Assembly: GCA_965287045.1 (NCBI GenBank)
Contig: OZ336901.1
Coordinates: 20,894,001 to 20,958,000, forward strand
From: Carcharhinus amblyrhynchos
Taxonomy: Eukaryota
DNA length: 64,000 bases
Direction of reading: 5' to 3'
Part shown: positions 25,221 through 38,166 of the stretch, piece by piece
How positions within the stretch are numbered: position 1 is the stretch's first letter
Layout: each line of letters starts with the position of its first letter
Translations under genes and position numbers: made by a program
Notes under the pieces: model-generated
Database searches by the model: none
Seen by the model: the letters and a program-made list of their open reading frames with translations, nothing else
Told to the model about the DNA's origin: nothing

Positions 25221-27729
25221 TTAACTTTAAAAAGAGATACTGTCAAAGCTGTTAACCTTGCACTCATCAGGACAAATTTGTCAGAATACCTTTAGTAAAG
25301 GGAACAACAATTCATGCTGCGTGAAAAAAGAATGCTCTTTGATAGGACTCTGGTAGAAACATTGTCATGGAGAATTCACCAGGGAACAGTTAACTGCTAA
25401 GCTTTTGTTTAAACTCCTATCAGGCTGATTGGCGCGAGGCTTTGGGCTGAGGAATGAACCAGGGAATGGCTGTCCCCCCCAGCTTTTGATAATTGAAAAA
25501 AGGTGAAATGTGTGAACGTGTTTCTTATGTCTACAAAGGACTGTGTGGATATATATCACTTTTGGCACATGTAAATGCACCACACTAAGGGTAAGACTTC
25601 TGCCCTATCTCAGGAGGAAGTCCTGTCTAGGAATGTTGTCAGTTGGCAGGCAACTCTATTCCCAGAAATGCCAGGTTTGAGCAGTGCCTTCTGACTAGAC
25701 TATAGCCAAAGAAGGGGTTATAAAAGCTGGACAGGGGGGTGAAAATGAGCCCCAATGGCCTTCAAACCTACTGGTGGAGAAAGAGTAAAATCTAGCCCCA
25801 AGAGTTTAATTTGGGATTTGGAATGTTTATGTGAAAAACTAAAGTGGATATGAATTAGGCAAAAGTTCCAGCTGTGGGCAGTTTTTAGATTTCATAACAG
25901 TAACTTCAAATCCTGAACAGAATGCAGTGGTCTGAAATTGCATGTCCTGTTTGGTCAACACTTTATCTGTTGTGAATAATGGGTGTGTTTGCTGCCACTG
26001 GACTGATTCTTTAGCAAGACAAATTTGCATTAATAAACCTTAAAGAGTACATTACAAAATGGTTACTCTTTTGTGAAGGAGAGGATGAGAGGAGTGTCGT
26101 GTTTGCTGATAGTGTTCTATTTTGTATGCTGGCAGTGTGTGAAAATCTAGCATCCATCCAACTGTAGGAATGCGGCAAATATCCCAGATTCCAGAAAGGA
26201 AATTATTTATTTTATTAGCAAAGTATATTTAAGATTACAGGCATTTTTAAAATTATTTTTGGATAATCTTTTTGACGTTTTGGGGACTGCTTTGAATGTA
26301 AAGGTCATTAACAGAGTTGAAGTTGGATGATTGTTCTTTGCATATTTGGCTTTAATCTGCAATGTTGTAAAGGTGGATGGACTGTACATTTCTAATTTGG
26401 GTTAGCTGGTGCCAAGTAGTACAGTTCACATGGGCTGACTAAATGCAAGAGCTCTGAAATAGTCCAAAGTACATAAGGTGGATCATGTTTCTCTAGCCAA
26501 GGCCTCACTGCGTGGAGTAGCTTGTGATGATTTAACAGGATGCTTTCAACTGTAGACAATTCTTGGTCATTGTGCAGGGTCCATGTTGCAGGCAGATTCA
26601 AGAATGCTGTGATTTTGGTGACAGTTTCAAGAGGGATGAAGCTTTAGTAAGGGTGAAACTTTCTCAAATTCCTTGTGAGGCATGCTTTCTAACAAATCAA
26701 TATTGCACTTATTACCACGTGGGAAAATTAGTTCAAAAATCTTTGTTTTAATGCATGCCAGAATATGTGCCATGTTTTAATTTTATATTCTCTTGCTTTA
26801 TTGTAAAACTTCTGTGCTGCTCTAACATTTTCTGAATTGCTCTAAATATTCAATATTTGAGCGACCCTAGTTGTGGTGTATTATCCTACTTAAGTTGGTA
26901 GTTTCAGTTTTGTTGACAAGTATCTAATTAAGAATTTAGTGTGGTTAAAATGGACACAGGCTGTTTTGCAAAAATTAACTATCAACAATACAAGAATTAC
27001 AAACCAGACCACAAAATATGTAAAAAAAAATGCACTGGACCACAGAAGGAAAATTGCAACCAATATTTGATGATGCTGTACGTCACAGGTACTTTTCCAT
27101 TCCATGAATTTTCTAACTCGGGTAACTGAAGACAACTGCAGATCACTTTTGCACTGTGGTAAATGCTTCATTATACTTACAACTATTAGAAATCAGATGA
27201 AGAATTTAAATTGACTTCATTTCTCCCCAATCAGGAGCTGAGTGACTGCTGATTCATTGTTTGGTGTCACCATCTGGTCTGACATTGAGAGTTCAAATAA
27301 GATGAATGGTTGAAATTACACATTTAATGAAAAGGTCTTGGGTTAAGAATGGACCTTCGCTGTTCAAATAAGTGATTTTCTGGTTCAGTTATTTCTCCTT
27401 GATTGGCTGCTCTTGGCAATCAGCAGTTAATTCAAAAATAAATAGGAGAGAAACGAAGCAAAAGATGGCAAAATTTTCCAAGATTTCTTCAGAATTTGCC
27501 AAAGTGGCTGTAATTCATATATGTACATGAACTTTGATCTATGAATATTGGTCCCCTCTTAAACCATGGAGAATATTTGGCTCTGCTGTAGTTTCTTTAC
27601 AAACGCACTCTTTTTCAGTACCTGTCTAGGTGATATCAAAGAAAACAATCATTTTCTTTTCAAAACATGTAATGAGGCCCCTCATTATTTCACATTGCAT
27701 AATGAACAGAGTCCTTTGAGATGTAACAA

Positions 27730-29235
27730 GCAAAGAGGATAAAGGGGAACCAGTAGATTTATTTGGATTTCCAAAAGATATTCGATAATGTGCCCCTTAA
27801 AGGTTACTCCACATGGTAAGAGCTCATGTTGAGTATGATGTATTGGTACAATAGAGGATTGGCCAACTAAAAGGAACTTGAAGTCAGGACTAATGCATCA
27901 TCTGCGCTTTGGCAAACTACAACTAATGGAGTGTTACAGCGTTCCATTCTGGGGCCTTAGCTACTTACGATCTACATCAAAAACTTGGATAAAGGGACTG
28001 ACTCTCTATTGTAGTCAAATTTGCTATTGATGTACAGAAGAGGATTAAATCAAGCTATGAGGAGGATACAAAGAGTCCGCAAAGTGGCATAGATATGTTA
28101 AGTGAGTGGGCAAAATTTTGGCAAATGCAGTATCATGTTGAGAAGATGTGAACTTGTCCAGTTGGGTAGGAAGAACAGAAGAGCAGAATATAATTTAAAT
28201 GGACAGAAACTGCAGAATTCTATTGCAGTACAGAGGTGTCCTTGTACATGAATCAGAAAATGTCATCATGCAGACACAGCAAGTAATTAAGAAGGCAAAT
28301 GGAATGTTGATCTTTATTGCAAGGGAGACAAAGTTTTAGTAAAAGACAAGTTGCTTCAACTGTGAAGGCATTGGTTAGACCACATCCAGAATACTGCATC
28401 CAGTAAGATGAAAGCAAAATACTTCTGACAAAGGGTCATCTCTCTTTTCTCCCCACAGATGTCAGACCTGCTGAGATTTTCCAGCATTCTCTGTTTTTGA
28501 CACCATGTACAGTTTTGATCTCCTTAAGGAGGGACGTTGTTGAATTGAAAGTATTTTGGGTGTTGGGTGAGGGTATTATTTTAGGAGGAAAGGTTGGACT
28601 AACAATCATTGGAGTTGAGAAGAGTAATCTTAATGCAACGTTTAAGATCCTGAGGGGGCTTCACAGGGTGGATTCTGAGAGGGTGATTCCTTTGATGTAA
28701 TCTAGAACCATGACCATAGTTTTAAAAATAAGTTGTCTCCCATTTAAAATGGTGATCAGAAAAAAATTATTTGAATGTTGTTGGTGTAATGGCCAAACTA
28801 TGTTAGCGTTTATGGGGTATGTGTCACGTTGAACTACATTGCAACATGTGCAAACCACATCTTTTATTTTTTTTAAAAAGGCAACCTGTAATTGGTTTAT
28901 TGAATGAGATGTTCTCTGCGCAGAACAGGAAATGAAATGAAGACCAAAGCTTGTGAAATGCTCCAATGATCAAATCATGCCACCTGCTCTTAAAGCAATC
29001 ATCCAACCACTTAAATATATAACAGTTAGCCTTTGTAGTTCTCTTCCATAGCGAGCCTGTGTCCTTGAATATATTCAAGGCTGAGGTAAATGCATTTTAG
29101 ATTGAGCCAGTTGAGGATTAGGAAGGGCAGGCTAGAAGGTGGATTTAAAGCTACAATCAAACTCACCATGACCTTATTAAATGGCAGAGCAGGTTCAATG
29201 GGTCAAAAGGCCTACTCCTATTTCTTATGAACTTA
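27730..29235 (+). mobile_element. Old decayed CR1 RT-to-3' fragment with internal insertions
   Basis: Remnants of GEPVD, LDFQK and EWAKFWQM motifs; tail ggcctactcctatttcttatg; Penelope-like piece inserted at about 28405-28500. Confidence 0.85.
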
Positions 29236-29842
29236 TGGTCTTATTGAACTGCAAGCTGATTTTGGAAGTAATATTTTAAAATCTGGTTTACTGATATGTG
29301 TTTACAGGTTACTTTATGAATAAATTTTCTCTAAGTCTGGATAATTAAAAAATGATTTGCTTGAAAATTAAGCCAGATCTTGCCGTAATTGTCAGCATAT
29401 TACAGCAGTTATTGGAGCCCCTCCCCCCAACCCCACAAATAAAGGTTTAGAAGGCTTAGAAAATAAACTTAAGTCTGCCAAGTCTGAGTAGTAACTTTTT
29501 GCATAGTTGAAACTAATATAATTGTATCGCCATCAACGCCGATTTCAGATTCTCTTGTGTTGAAGAAAAACACGGTATTCATTATCAGAGTCATAATATT
29601 CCTTCAAAGCAGAGTTTGGAATGAAATATTATTCATAATATTGTTTTACTAGAAAACAGCTTACTGCATCTTCTATAACTTTCTAAATTTGATAGCAAAT
29701 TGAAATGTAATTTTGTTTGAATTGGTCCTTTGAATTGTGTTGCTTGTTTTGAAGTATCGTGTTTTGCTGTGTAGCTAATGATGAATGTGCTACAGCCAAT
29801 CCTTTTATATTACCATAGCAACAGTTACTTTTAGTGGGTTGT

Positions 29843-30010
29843 GGGGAAGCAGTAGCGTAGTGGTACTGTCACTGGATTGGTAACCCACAGATGCAGGTGA
29901 ATGGTCGATTTCTAATCCTACTATGGCAGATGGTGGAATTTGAATTCAATAAATGGAATTTTAGAGAAGCCAATGCTGCCCATGAAGTGATTGTTGTAAA
30001 GATGGTTCTA
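29843..30010 (+). mobile_element. Second-family SINE 5' fragment
   Basis: gcagtagcgtagtggtactgtcactggattggtaacccacag...ggcagatggtggaatttgaattcaat. Confidence 0.7.
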
Positions 30011-30888
30011 TTGGGAGAAATTTGAAGAGTTGAGTTTTGTGCCTTATTCTCAGGAAGTCAAATATGCTTTAATATGTAGTACTAATATGCTAAATCTGAT
30101 GCTTTCTATTGTTTTTCTGGATATCTTTGCTTATTGCATATTTATTGATGCCATTTTAAAATATCTCCCTCGGAGAAGTTAATGATTTTAACACCATCGT
30201 AATGCAACTTTGTTAGTCATGTTCTTATTTGCTTTGGGGTTAACATTCTGCCTCCAGTAGCATCAAAGATCTGAACCAATATATTCAATAAGCATTAGTG
30301 ATGTCCAGCTTTAAGAATGACACTAAGAAGTGAGTCCTAAGTATTGGTCTCCTGTGGGGGAGAGAGAACCTAAAGACAGTATCAGGCTATCTGACATGAC
30401 TCGTGATGGTGTGAATCACCCAGGCCAAGTTGCTGTGGCAGCAAGCACTTTTACATGCATGTTATGTTCGGAAGCTATGGATAGTGATGGTAGAGACTCC
30501 AACTTTCTTTACACCACATGGCTAATGAGGAATCTATCCCTCTCATCCTGCTGATGTGTGTTGGAAGGATTTTCAAAGTGATCATCTGTACATGTTTGGC
30601 TACCTTACGAATGCACCTTTCTTGACCATCAAGCCTCAGAATCCTGAGCTTCTGGTTCAAAGGCAGGAACTCTACCCATTTTGCCACAGGTGCTCCCTAG
30701 GACTTATGTAGACCCTTGCAGAATACCATTGTCATTTCCGTGTGATGTTAATTGGAAATCTGTATTATAGATGTGCAAAGATTTTCCTTTTCGTTAGAGA
30801 CCTATGCATATGGTGGTGTGGTGATGCAATTTTGCATGATTGAATGCAGCTAAAAATTTGATTTCTGCTCCTGTTGATTTTGTTTCAG

Positions 30889-30952
30889 GTCTGATGTCAT
30901 GAATCCTACCGTATGGATGTGCTATCGATGCTGATGGCACAACTGATCCAAT
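30889..30952 (+). other. MYO9A: 5' UTR portion of the MYO9A first coding exon
   Basis: Pyrimidine-rich acceptor ctgttgattttgtttcag| ends at 30888, 64 nt upstream of the ATG. This implies a non-coding exon 1 upstream; no CpG island or promoter is visible in the window. Confidence 0.8.
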
Positions 30953-31795
30953 ATGAATGTGCACGATGTTGGAGGAAGACGACGCTATGAAGATAATGAG
31001 TTTACATTGCGGGTTTACCCGGGGAATATAGCAGAAGGCACCATTTACTGCCCTGTCACTGCAAGAAAAAATACTAGTGCAGCAGAAGTTATAGAAACCC
31101 TTATTTACAAGTTGCAGCTAGAGAAAGCAAAATGCTACGTCCTGGCAGAAGTGAAAGAGTTTGGTGGGGAGGAGTGGATTCTCAATCCAACCGATTGCCC
31201 GGTGCAGCGCATGATGCTTTGGCCACGCAGTGCCCTGGAAAATCGTTTCAGCAGCGAGGACTATCGGTTCTTGCTTCGAGAGAAAAACCTCGATGGCTCA
31301 ATTCATTACAACAATCTGCAGTCATGGCTCAGAGTGACGGAGGAGCGAAGGAGGATGATGGAGCGGGGATTTTTGCCTCAGCCCCCACAGAAAAATTACA
31401 ATGATTTGTGCAATCTACCAGACTTGAATGAAAAAGCACTCCTGGACAACCTGCGCAACAGGTTTAAACAAGAGAAAATCTACACCTACGTGGGAACGAT
31501 ATTAATTGCCATAAACCCTTTCAAATTTCTTCCTATTTACAACCCCAAATATGTAAAAATGTATGATAATCACCATCTGGGAAAACTGGAGCCCCATATA
31601 TACGCAATCGCTGATGTGGCATACCATGCCATGCTACAACGCAAGAAAAACCAATGTATAGTTATTTCGGGTGAGAGTGGTTCAGGAAAGACACAAAGTA
31701 CAAATTTTCTTATCCATCATCTTACCGCTCTGAGCCAGAAGGGATTTGCCAGTGGAGTGGAGCAGATTATTCTTGGAGCGGGACCTGTACTGGAG
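30953..31795 (+). CDS. MYO9A: Unconventional myosin-IXa, first coding exon (281 codons: N-terminal Ras-association domain and start of motor domain); gene continues beyond this exon
   Basis: Translation MNVHDVGGRRRYEDNEFTLRVYPG...EEWILNPTDCPVQRMMLWPR...IYTYVGTILIAINPFKFLPIYNPKY...GESGSGKT (P-loop, 31670-31693)...GAGPVLE matches vertebrate MYO9A rather than the MYO9B N-terminus. Phase-0 donor GAG|gtaagg at 31795/31796; the track ORF's extension to 31825 is intron read-through. Confidence 0.97.
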
Positions 31796-34231
31796 GTAAG
31801 GTGCAGTCACGTTTTTCTACGTTGAATTGAAATAAAATCATTCTTAAAAATTAACAGTTTGAGTGAAGTGTTTCTTTTGTTCTAATTCAGCCAATTTTGT
31901 ATAGCAAGCAAGTACTGTAATATGCTGATTGAGAGGTATGGAATACCATTTGTTAGATCTGTAAAAATCTGAAACTTCAGTTCATGTGATCACATAATAA
32001 TCCATGAAAATAAGTTTGGCATTACTTAATTGTTTTCAACTCCGCATTTTCTGCACTAATTTTCCCAATATACCAATTTCATCAGGTGGAATGATCCAGT
32101 CTATAATTGTGTTGATTGCTTCTGAGGCCTTTTTAAAACAATGGCGTCAAATGTTTGTGTGATGAGAGATTAAGCTACTCCTTTTCTCCCTGTGTCTGGG
32201 TCAATGCAGTGCTCCATTTAGCAATAGGGGTGAGAATTGTACAATGTGTCTACCAGAGAGGCTAGAATTGTGAGGAACAGCAAGAGGTTATCCCTCCCAA
32301 TAAACCTCTCTTTCTGAGTCTATTTAAAAGCTTGGTTTTTCAGTACAACAGGGGTAGCTAGTATCCAGCATGATGGGGGAACAACTGCCTTGTCTCATTT
32401 TTGTTTCTCTTGATGGACAACCGTACTCCTTTCCATCTGAAATGTCAATCACCCTACCCACCACATCCCTCAATCTCTTCTCCTTCGAACATGTATTTAA
32501 TTGCATCTTGAATCCATCTGTGCTGCTTAAATTACCGGTTGTATCACAGCTAACAACCTGCTTGCAACCTATGCCATTAAGCCATGCTATCTGAATTAAA
32601 GTCAATTGTAGTTCTGTTCAGACAACAAGATTAAAGGTTGTAAAATAAAATATCTCAAAGTTCAGAAGATTAACTTAGATGTTCACAAGCTTATAGATGC
32701 GGGTAACATGAGTAATAAAGGGTATCATTAAAATTCAGTAGATTGAGAAATTATGAAAAAAAATCACAAAGTTATGGTTAGATGATGAAGCTTCTAGATT
32801 GAAGGAGACAGGGTGTTTCAGAGTTGTGAGGCCTTGTGAAGGAATTAAAGTGCATTGAGTGTTCATTCAGTCATGCAAGGGCTCTAAACCACAAAGTAGT
32901 CACTTTCCAAAGCTTTGACTGTTAAGTCAGAAATTGAAGATTTCTGTTCTGCCTTAGTAAGGGGAATACTGTGAAATAATAAGGGGAATTTCAAAGTGAC
33001 TTCATTGCAGTGTTAATGTAAGCCTTACTTGTGACGAATAAAGAAACTTTAAATCCAAAGTAAGAGATCTGTGAATTTGAATTTGGTTCTGCCTTTCTTG
33101 ATGTTGGCTTCCCACAAATTTCAGTAAGCACAATTGGTCCCTGTGGTGGGAAAAAGTTCAGTTTGAAAATTAAATTCCCTGGATTAAACCGTGTGTGTAA
33201 ATTGAGTGTTAAGGCAGGAGAACCAATTTGCATCAGGATTGATCCCAAAGAGCAAAGTAAAATGTGCTACAAAATCTCTTCAGTTTTCTCAGAGGCTAAG
33301 ATGGAGAGTGAGAGGCATAACAATATGGGCTGCAAGACTAAACATACTGCTCATCACCAGACAGCAAGGGAAGTAATATCTCCCCAAAGATGTTTTCAAG
33401 AATGTGCACATCTTATCGTTGATGCAAATGTATTTTTTTCATTTATATTGTGTAGAAACTAACATTTCCCAGCATCCTCTCCACCTTTGTCTACAGCCCC
33501 TTGTCACCTTGGGCTTTTGGCCCAGCTTGATGTGATGCAGAAACACTCAAAGTTTTGAACTCCAAGCTGGTCAAATCTTGAGTTTCATTGAGCTAATGGA
33601 AGCTCTAGTTGTTGCTCTCCTTTCCTTTTGAGGCCTTATCACTTTAAGGGAGTTTGTAGGCAGATTTAGTTTCTGATGTAGACATGGAAAGGCTGATGTG
33701 GAAGCACTGTCATGCAGACATTTGAAAATATTATTGCAGTACTTTTGGAATGTGTTTTCTGTTGGTCTTGGTTTCAGATTTAATATTTTTAGATCCTTGC
33801 GTCAGCAAGAGTTTATGGCTTTCCTGATTTGATCAATACATGCAGCATATAAATGTAGAGATCATAAGCTACAGAATCAGTTGTTCTGTGCTAAATTAGC
33901 TCATTTGAGCCTGAATGTTTGTAAGAATGCAACAATTTACTTCAATGTCTACATGAAGAAAAATGTTATTTTGCTGTCCACAGTCTTGTGATCCACATAT
34001 CACAAATTAATATGTGGTTTCCAGGATGCTCCCCACTCCACATTAGTTGCCAGTGCACGGTGTCTAGATTTTGCATTTGGGAAAGATCGCGTATTAGATA
34101 TTAGGATGCTGCTGGTTCCTGTGAAATTTGCCCCAGCACAAGTCAGCATATTCAGGTACAGAAGCAGAGAAGATTTACAAAGTAAAATGAGAATGCTTAA
34201 AAATACTGTGTTCTCTGAGATGAATTAACAA

Positions 34232-34513
34232 GTTTAAGTTTATTTTTTAGTATCACAAGTAGGCTTACATTAACAAGCAGTGAATTACCGTGAAAATCCC
34301 CTCATTACCACACTCTGATGCCTGTTTGGGTGTACACCGAGGGAGAATTTAACACAGCCAATGCACATGATCAGCACATCTTTCGGACTGTGGGAGGAAA
34401 CCGGAGCACCCGGAGGAAACCCACGCAGATATGGGGAGAATGTGCAAACTCCACACAGTCACCCAAGCCGGTCCCTGGCATTATGAGGCAGCAGTGCTAA
34501 TCACTGTGCCACC
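34232..34513 (-). mobile_element. Tail-B SINE
   Basis: cacaagtaggcttacattaac...ggaggaaaccggagcacccggaggaaacccacgcaga...gaggcagcagtgctaa. Confidence 0.88.
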
Positions 34514-34540
34514 TAGTTGACAGCAGGTCGACGTGAACAA

Positions 34541-34562
34541 GTGTGTGTGTGTGTGTGTGTGT
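34541..34562. repeat. (GT)11 microsatellite
   Basis: Read directly from the sequence. Confidence 0.95.
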
Positions 34563-37500
34563 AAATATGAATGCATGATAGAGGCTGGTGGTTAATTTCC
34601 CGTTATAAAACTGAGTAGTTCTTAATTTATCTGTTGAAAAAGGTAGTCCTTAGAATTGTATATGATGTATATCAGTGGTTATGTAGGTTACACTCTTATT
34701 CATCACCACCATATCCAGAGATTTTCAGTGCATCAATATTGCTTTGAACATAGGTGCTGGAAAGGTATTCTGTATAATCATAATTGATCTGTATATAGAT
34801 GGCTTGATTTGTTCCAAGCTTGTCTTCAAATAATTTCTTTCGTCCCAATCTCTAGTCAGCTTAATTAATGGCTTCATGCTGAGAAATGCATTCTGGAAAT
34901 AACTAAAGATCATAAACATACCTTGTGAACTAATTGCTGATGAATTAATTGCTTATGAATCTGGTAAAGAGCCCACAAGCTGAGCGCACGGGGAGGGGAT
35001 ATGGTAAGTAAGTTGCATCATTTTGTTCTTGCATGCTTCAGAGTTTTGAGGCTTTGGAAATGGCTTGTAGTGTTTGTTGGTTTTAGGTTTTGCCGCACTG
35101 GCTGAATTTGGGCTATGGGGAAGAAAAGTTGATGGATCTTTTATTTGTGGAACTGAAAGAGATGAGTTAAGTCGTTGGGTTTTTGTCAGAACCTTTTGAA
35201 ACAATAAAACATCTTTTCTAAAAGTCCATATTAATACATAAATGAGAAAAAACTGCAAATATTTTCAGTAAGTGACCTGCATCCTATTAAATAAACGTCA
35301 ATTTGCCATGTGTAAAGTTCGGAAAGGTTTCTTGTTTGGAATGCTGTTGGCACATAATCTGATGTCATTTAGTTTTCATCATGGTTGTTAATTTGAAACT
35401 AGTTGGGTTAATAACATAGCTGAAGTGCTCTGCATTAGGGGCAATTGTTTGAACAGCGTGATTTGCTATCAGCCTATCACTGATTAACCTGGGTATTGGA
35501 GTATTCAAGTGCAGCTTTGAGAATGTGTTTTGTTAGCCTGCCTGCACTGAAGGTCACCATATCGCTCTGAGTTCACATTTGTTGGACAGGTGGAGCACAT
35601 CCAGTGTGTTTAGTGTAATGTTCGGTTTTATGGTTACCATTCTTTTTAAGAGATTCTTGCATGTTTACATAGTTCAAATTTCTTAATACCCTACTACAAA
35701 ATATTGCGATGTGTCTCTATTGTGGTCTTGACTGACAATGCTGCGCTTTGTCAAACTAATTAGAATATGACTAATAATTGCTATGTTTTGGGACATGGTT
35801 TCATTAATGCTGACTGCTGACAGTATTTCATCCAAATGATTAGTTTTCATTTGTTAATCTAGACCATACATGCTAAAAAACAATTTTATTATGGGCAGCA
35901 TCACAGCCAAGCCTCAATGTCCTTAGCTGACATTCAGATGCACACTGCATGCAGGGATCAGTGGATAACTACCAGGTTTAAGAACCTTCATTGTCCCATT
36001 CACACAGCTCACCCCTTACCTTTCCCATTGGCATTGAGGATTGCTGTAATAACCAACTGCAGAAAACCTAGTCTGATAGAATTATTCCAAGATTAGGTTT
36101 AGTGTTGAACTGCTTTTAGTGAATATTACTGGCTTCAAACAGAAGCAAAGTACCATGGAATCTGGAAATCTGAAATAGGAACAAATATTGTTGGAAAAAA
36201 ATCAGCAAACCACACAGCACCTGTGAAGGGGATAAAAGAGTTAATGTTTCAGGTTGATGACCTGTCATCAGAACTAAAGAAAAACAGACATTTTAAGCCA
36301 GTGGAAGGGGTGAGGGGGGTAGGAAGTGCAAATAAGATGGCCTGCGAGGGTGACCACAGATGTTTCCTGCCCCTCCCCTTTCTACTGGCTCAAAGATTCT
36401 TACATTTCCATCTTCTTGAATATCTAAAGGCTATACAGAATTAATATACTTCACATAAATAATTACAATAAAATTGCTGTGCCTCTTTTAAACATAGAAG
36501 CTATCTTGCCACTGAAATTGTACAAGCAACATGCTGTTCATGCATTGACAACTCATTTTGGAAATTAATATTTCTGTATCATTTTATTCTCTTAATGCTA
36601 AGAAATATTTACTGATATCCCAGTTTTTTGCCAGAGTTAGGACAATACATCAGCCCTCAAAACTTAGTTAACAGATGTTTGGTTACAATCAAGAGAAGAG
36701 TTTGAAGCCTGTAACAGAAATTGCTGGAAACATACTCAGGAAACCAGGCAGTTCCGATGAAAAGTCAGATCTCCACAGATACAACTTGGTCTGCTGAGTT
36801 TTTCTCCAGCAACTTTTGTTTTTGTTACAAGCTTCAAACACTTCTTTTGGTCATAGCTAAATATCTGTTTCCTAAGTCTGAGGGCTGCTGTATTGTCCTA
36901 ACTCTGGTGAAAAATTAAGACATCACTGAATATTTATTATTAACAAAAGAAAATGATACAAAAATATTAATCTCCAAAGTGCGATCTAAACTAAGTAAAT
37001 TAACAGCACGTTGCTTGTACAATTTCAAAGGCAAGATAGCTCCTATGTTTAAAGCCGCAGCAATTTCATTGCAAATAGTTATGTGAATTAAGTGTATTAA
37101 TCGTGTATAGTCCTTGGATATTCAAACATGTATGAACACATTACGTTCTTTTGTTGTTTGCCAGGGCGTAAACATGAACTTTCTGCAATGTCTACCACTA
37201 AAATGGCTGCATTTTGCTTAAGTTAATCTGGCAAATGCATATTTCTTGCACTGTCTAGTTTTAATGGATGTGGGCAGTTATTTACGTTTTGCAGTATACA
37301 GCAGGAAAAATAATTAAACATAATCTTTGCAGGATAGAAGTTCTCACAATGATTTTAGCTAAAAAAAAATTATTTAGTGTGCGTCTAAGCCATACAGATG
37401 AGAAATTTAGAGTTGGTCGCATATAACATGAACAGTACTAGACCAGAGAAGGGAAAATCAGTAAGCACAGGTATTCAAAATTTTGTTCAAACTGTCTAAT

Positions 37501-37803
37501 GACTCCTACTGGATAATGGAAAAGTTTGAATGATGGGTGAGGGCAGTGTCATCAGTTCGGGAGGGGAATGCACTCTACTTGACGATGCAACAAACTGAAG
37601 TCTTCTGTGGTTGCGTGTGTTTTTCAGTTAGCTGCAGTTGGAATTTTTAAAAATCTTTCTTTAAATAGATACTTAAAAGAAAGATAGACTTGCATTTGCA
37701 CAGTGTCTTTCACAATCAACGGATGTCACAAAATACTTCATAGCCAGTGAAGTACATATCCATTCGGAGATGAGTAACTTGCTGACTCCTCTTTGCAATG
37801 CCA

Positions 37804-37939
37804 NNNNNNNNNNNNNNNNNNNNNNNNNNNNNNNNNNNNNNNNNNNNNNNNNNNNNNNNNNNNNNNNNNNNNNNNNNNNNNNNNNNNNNNNNNNNNNNNN
37901 NNNNNNNNNNNNNNNNNNNNNNNNNNNNNNNNNNNNNNN
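37804..37939. other. Assembly gap (136 N)
   Basis: Run of N. Confidence 1.
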
Positions 37940-37954
37940 TTTAATGTCTCACTG

Positions 37955-38122
37955 ACCTAACCTGAATGCCTTTGGACTTTGGGAGGAAACCAGAGCACCC
38001 GGTGAAAACCCACGCACGCGTGGGGAGAATGTTCAAACTCCACACAGACCGACAGCGAGGCTAGAATCTAACCTGGGTCCCTGGACCTGTGAGGTAGCAG
38101 TACTAAACATTGCACCACCGTG
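37955..38122 (-). mobile_element. HE1-head SINE next to the assembly gap
   Basis: gggaggaaaccagagcacccgg...ttgcaccaccgtgc. Confidence 0.8.
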
Positions 38123-38166
38123 CTCTCTCTCTCTCTCTTCCCCTCAGCCCCCCCACACACACACAC
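38123..38166. repeat. Compound (CT)n/(C)n/(CA)n microsatellite
   Basis: Read directly from the sequence. Confidence 0.85.

Noticed and set aside
26890-27171. Lys/Cys-rich short ORF as a hidden exon or transposase
   Set aside because: Composition is explained by A-richness; no motif recognised in the frames I checked.
31796-31825. C-terminal VRCSHVFLR* of the 290-aa ORF as a real protein end
   Set aside because: It follows a canonical GAG|gtaagg donor where myosin homology stops, so it is intron read-through.
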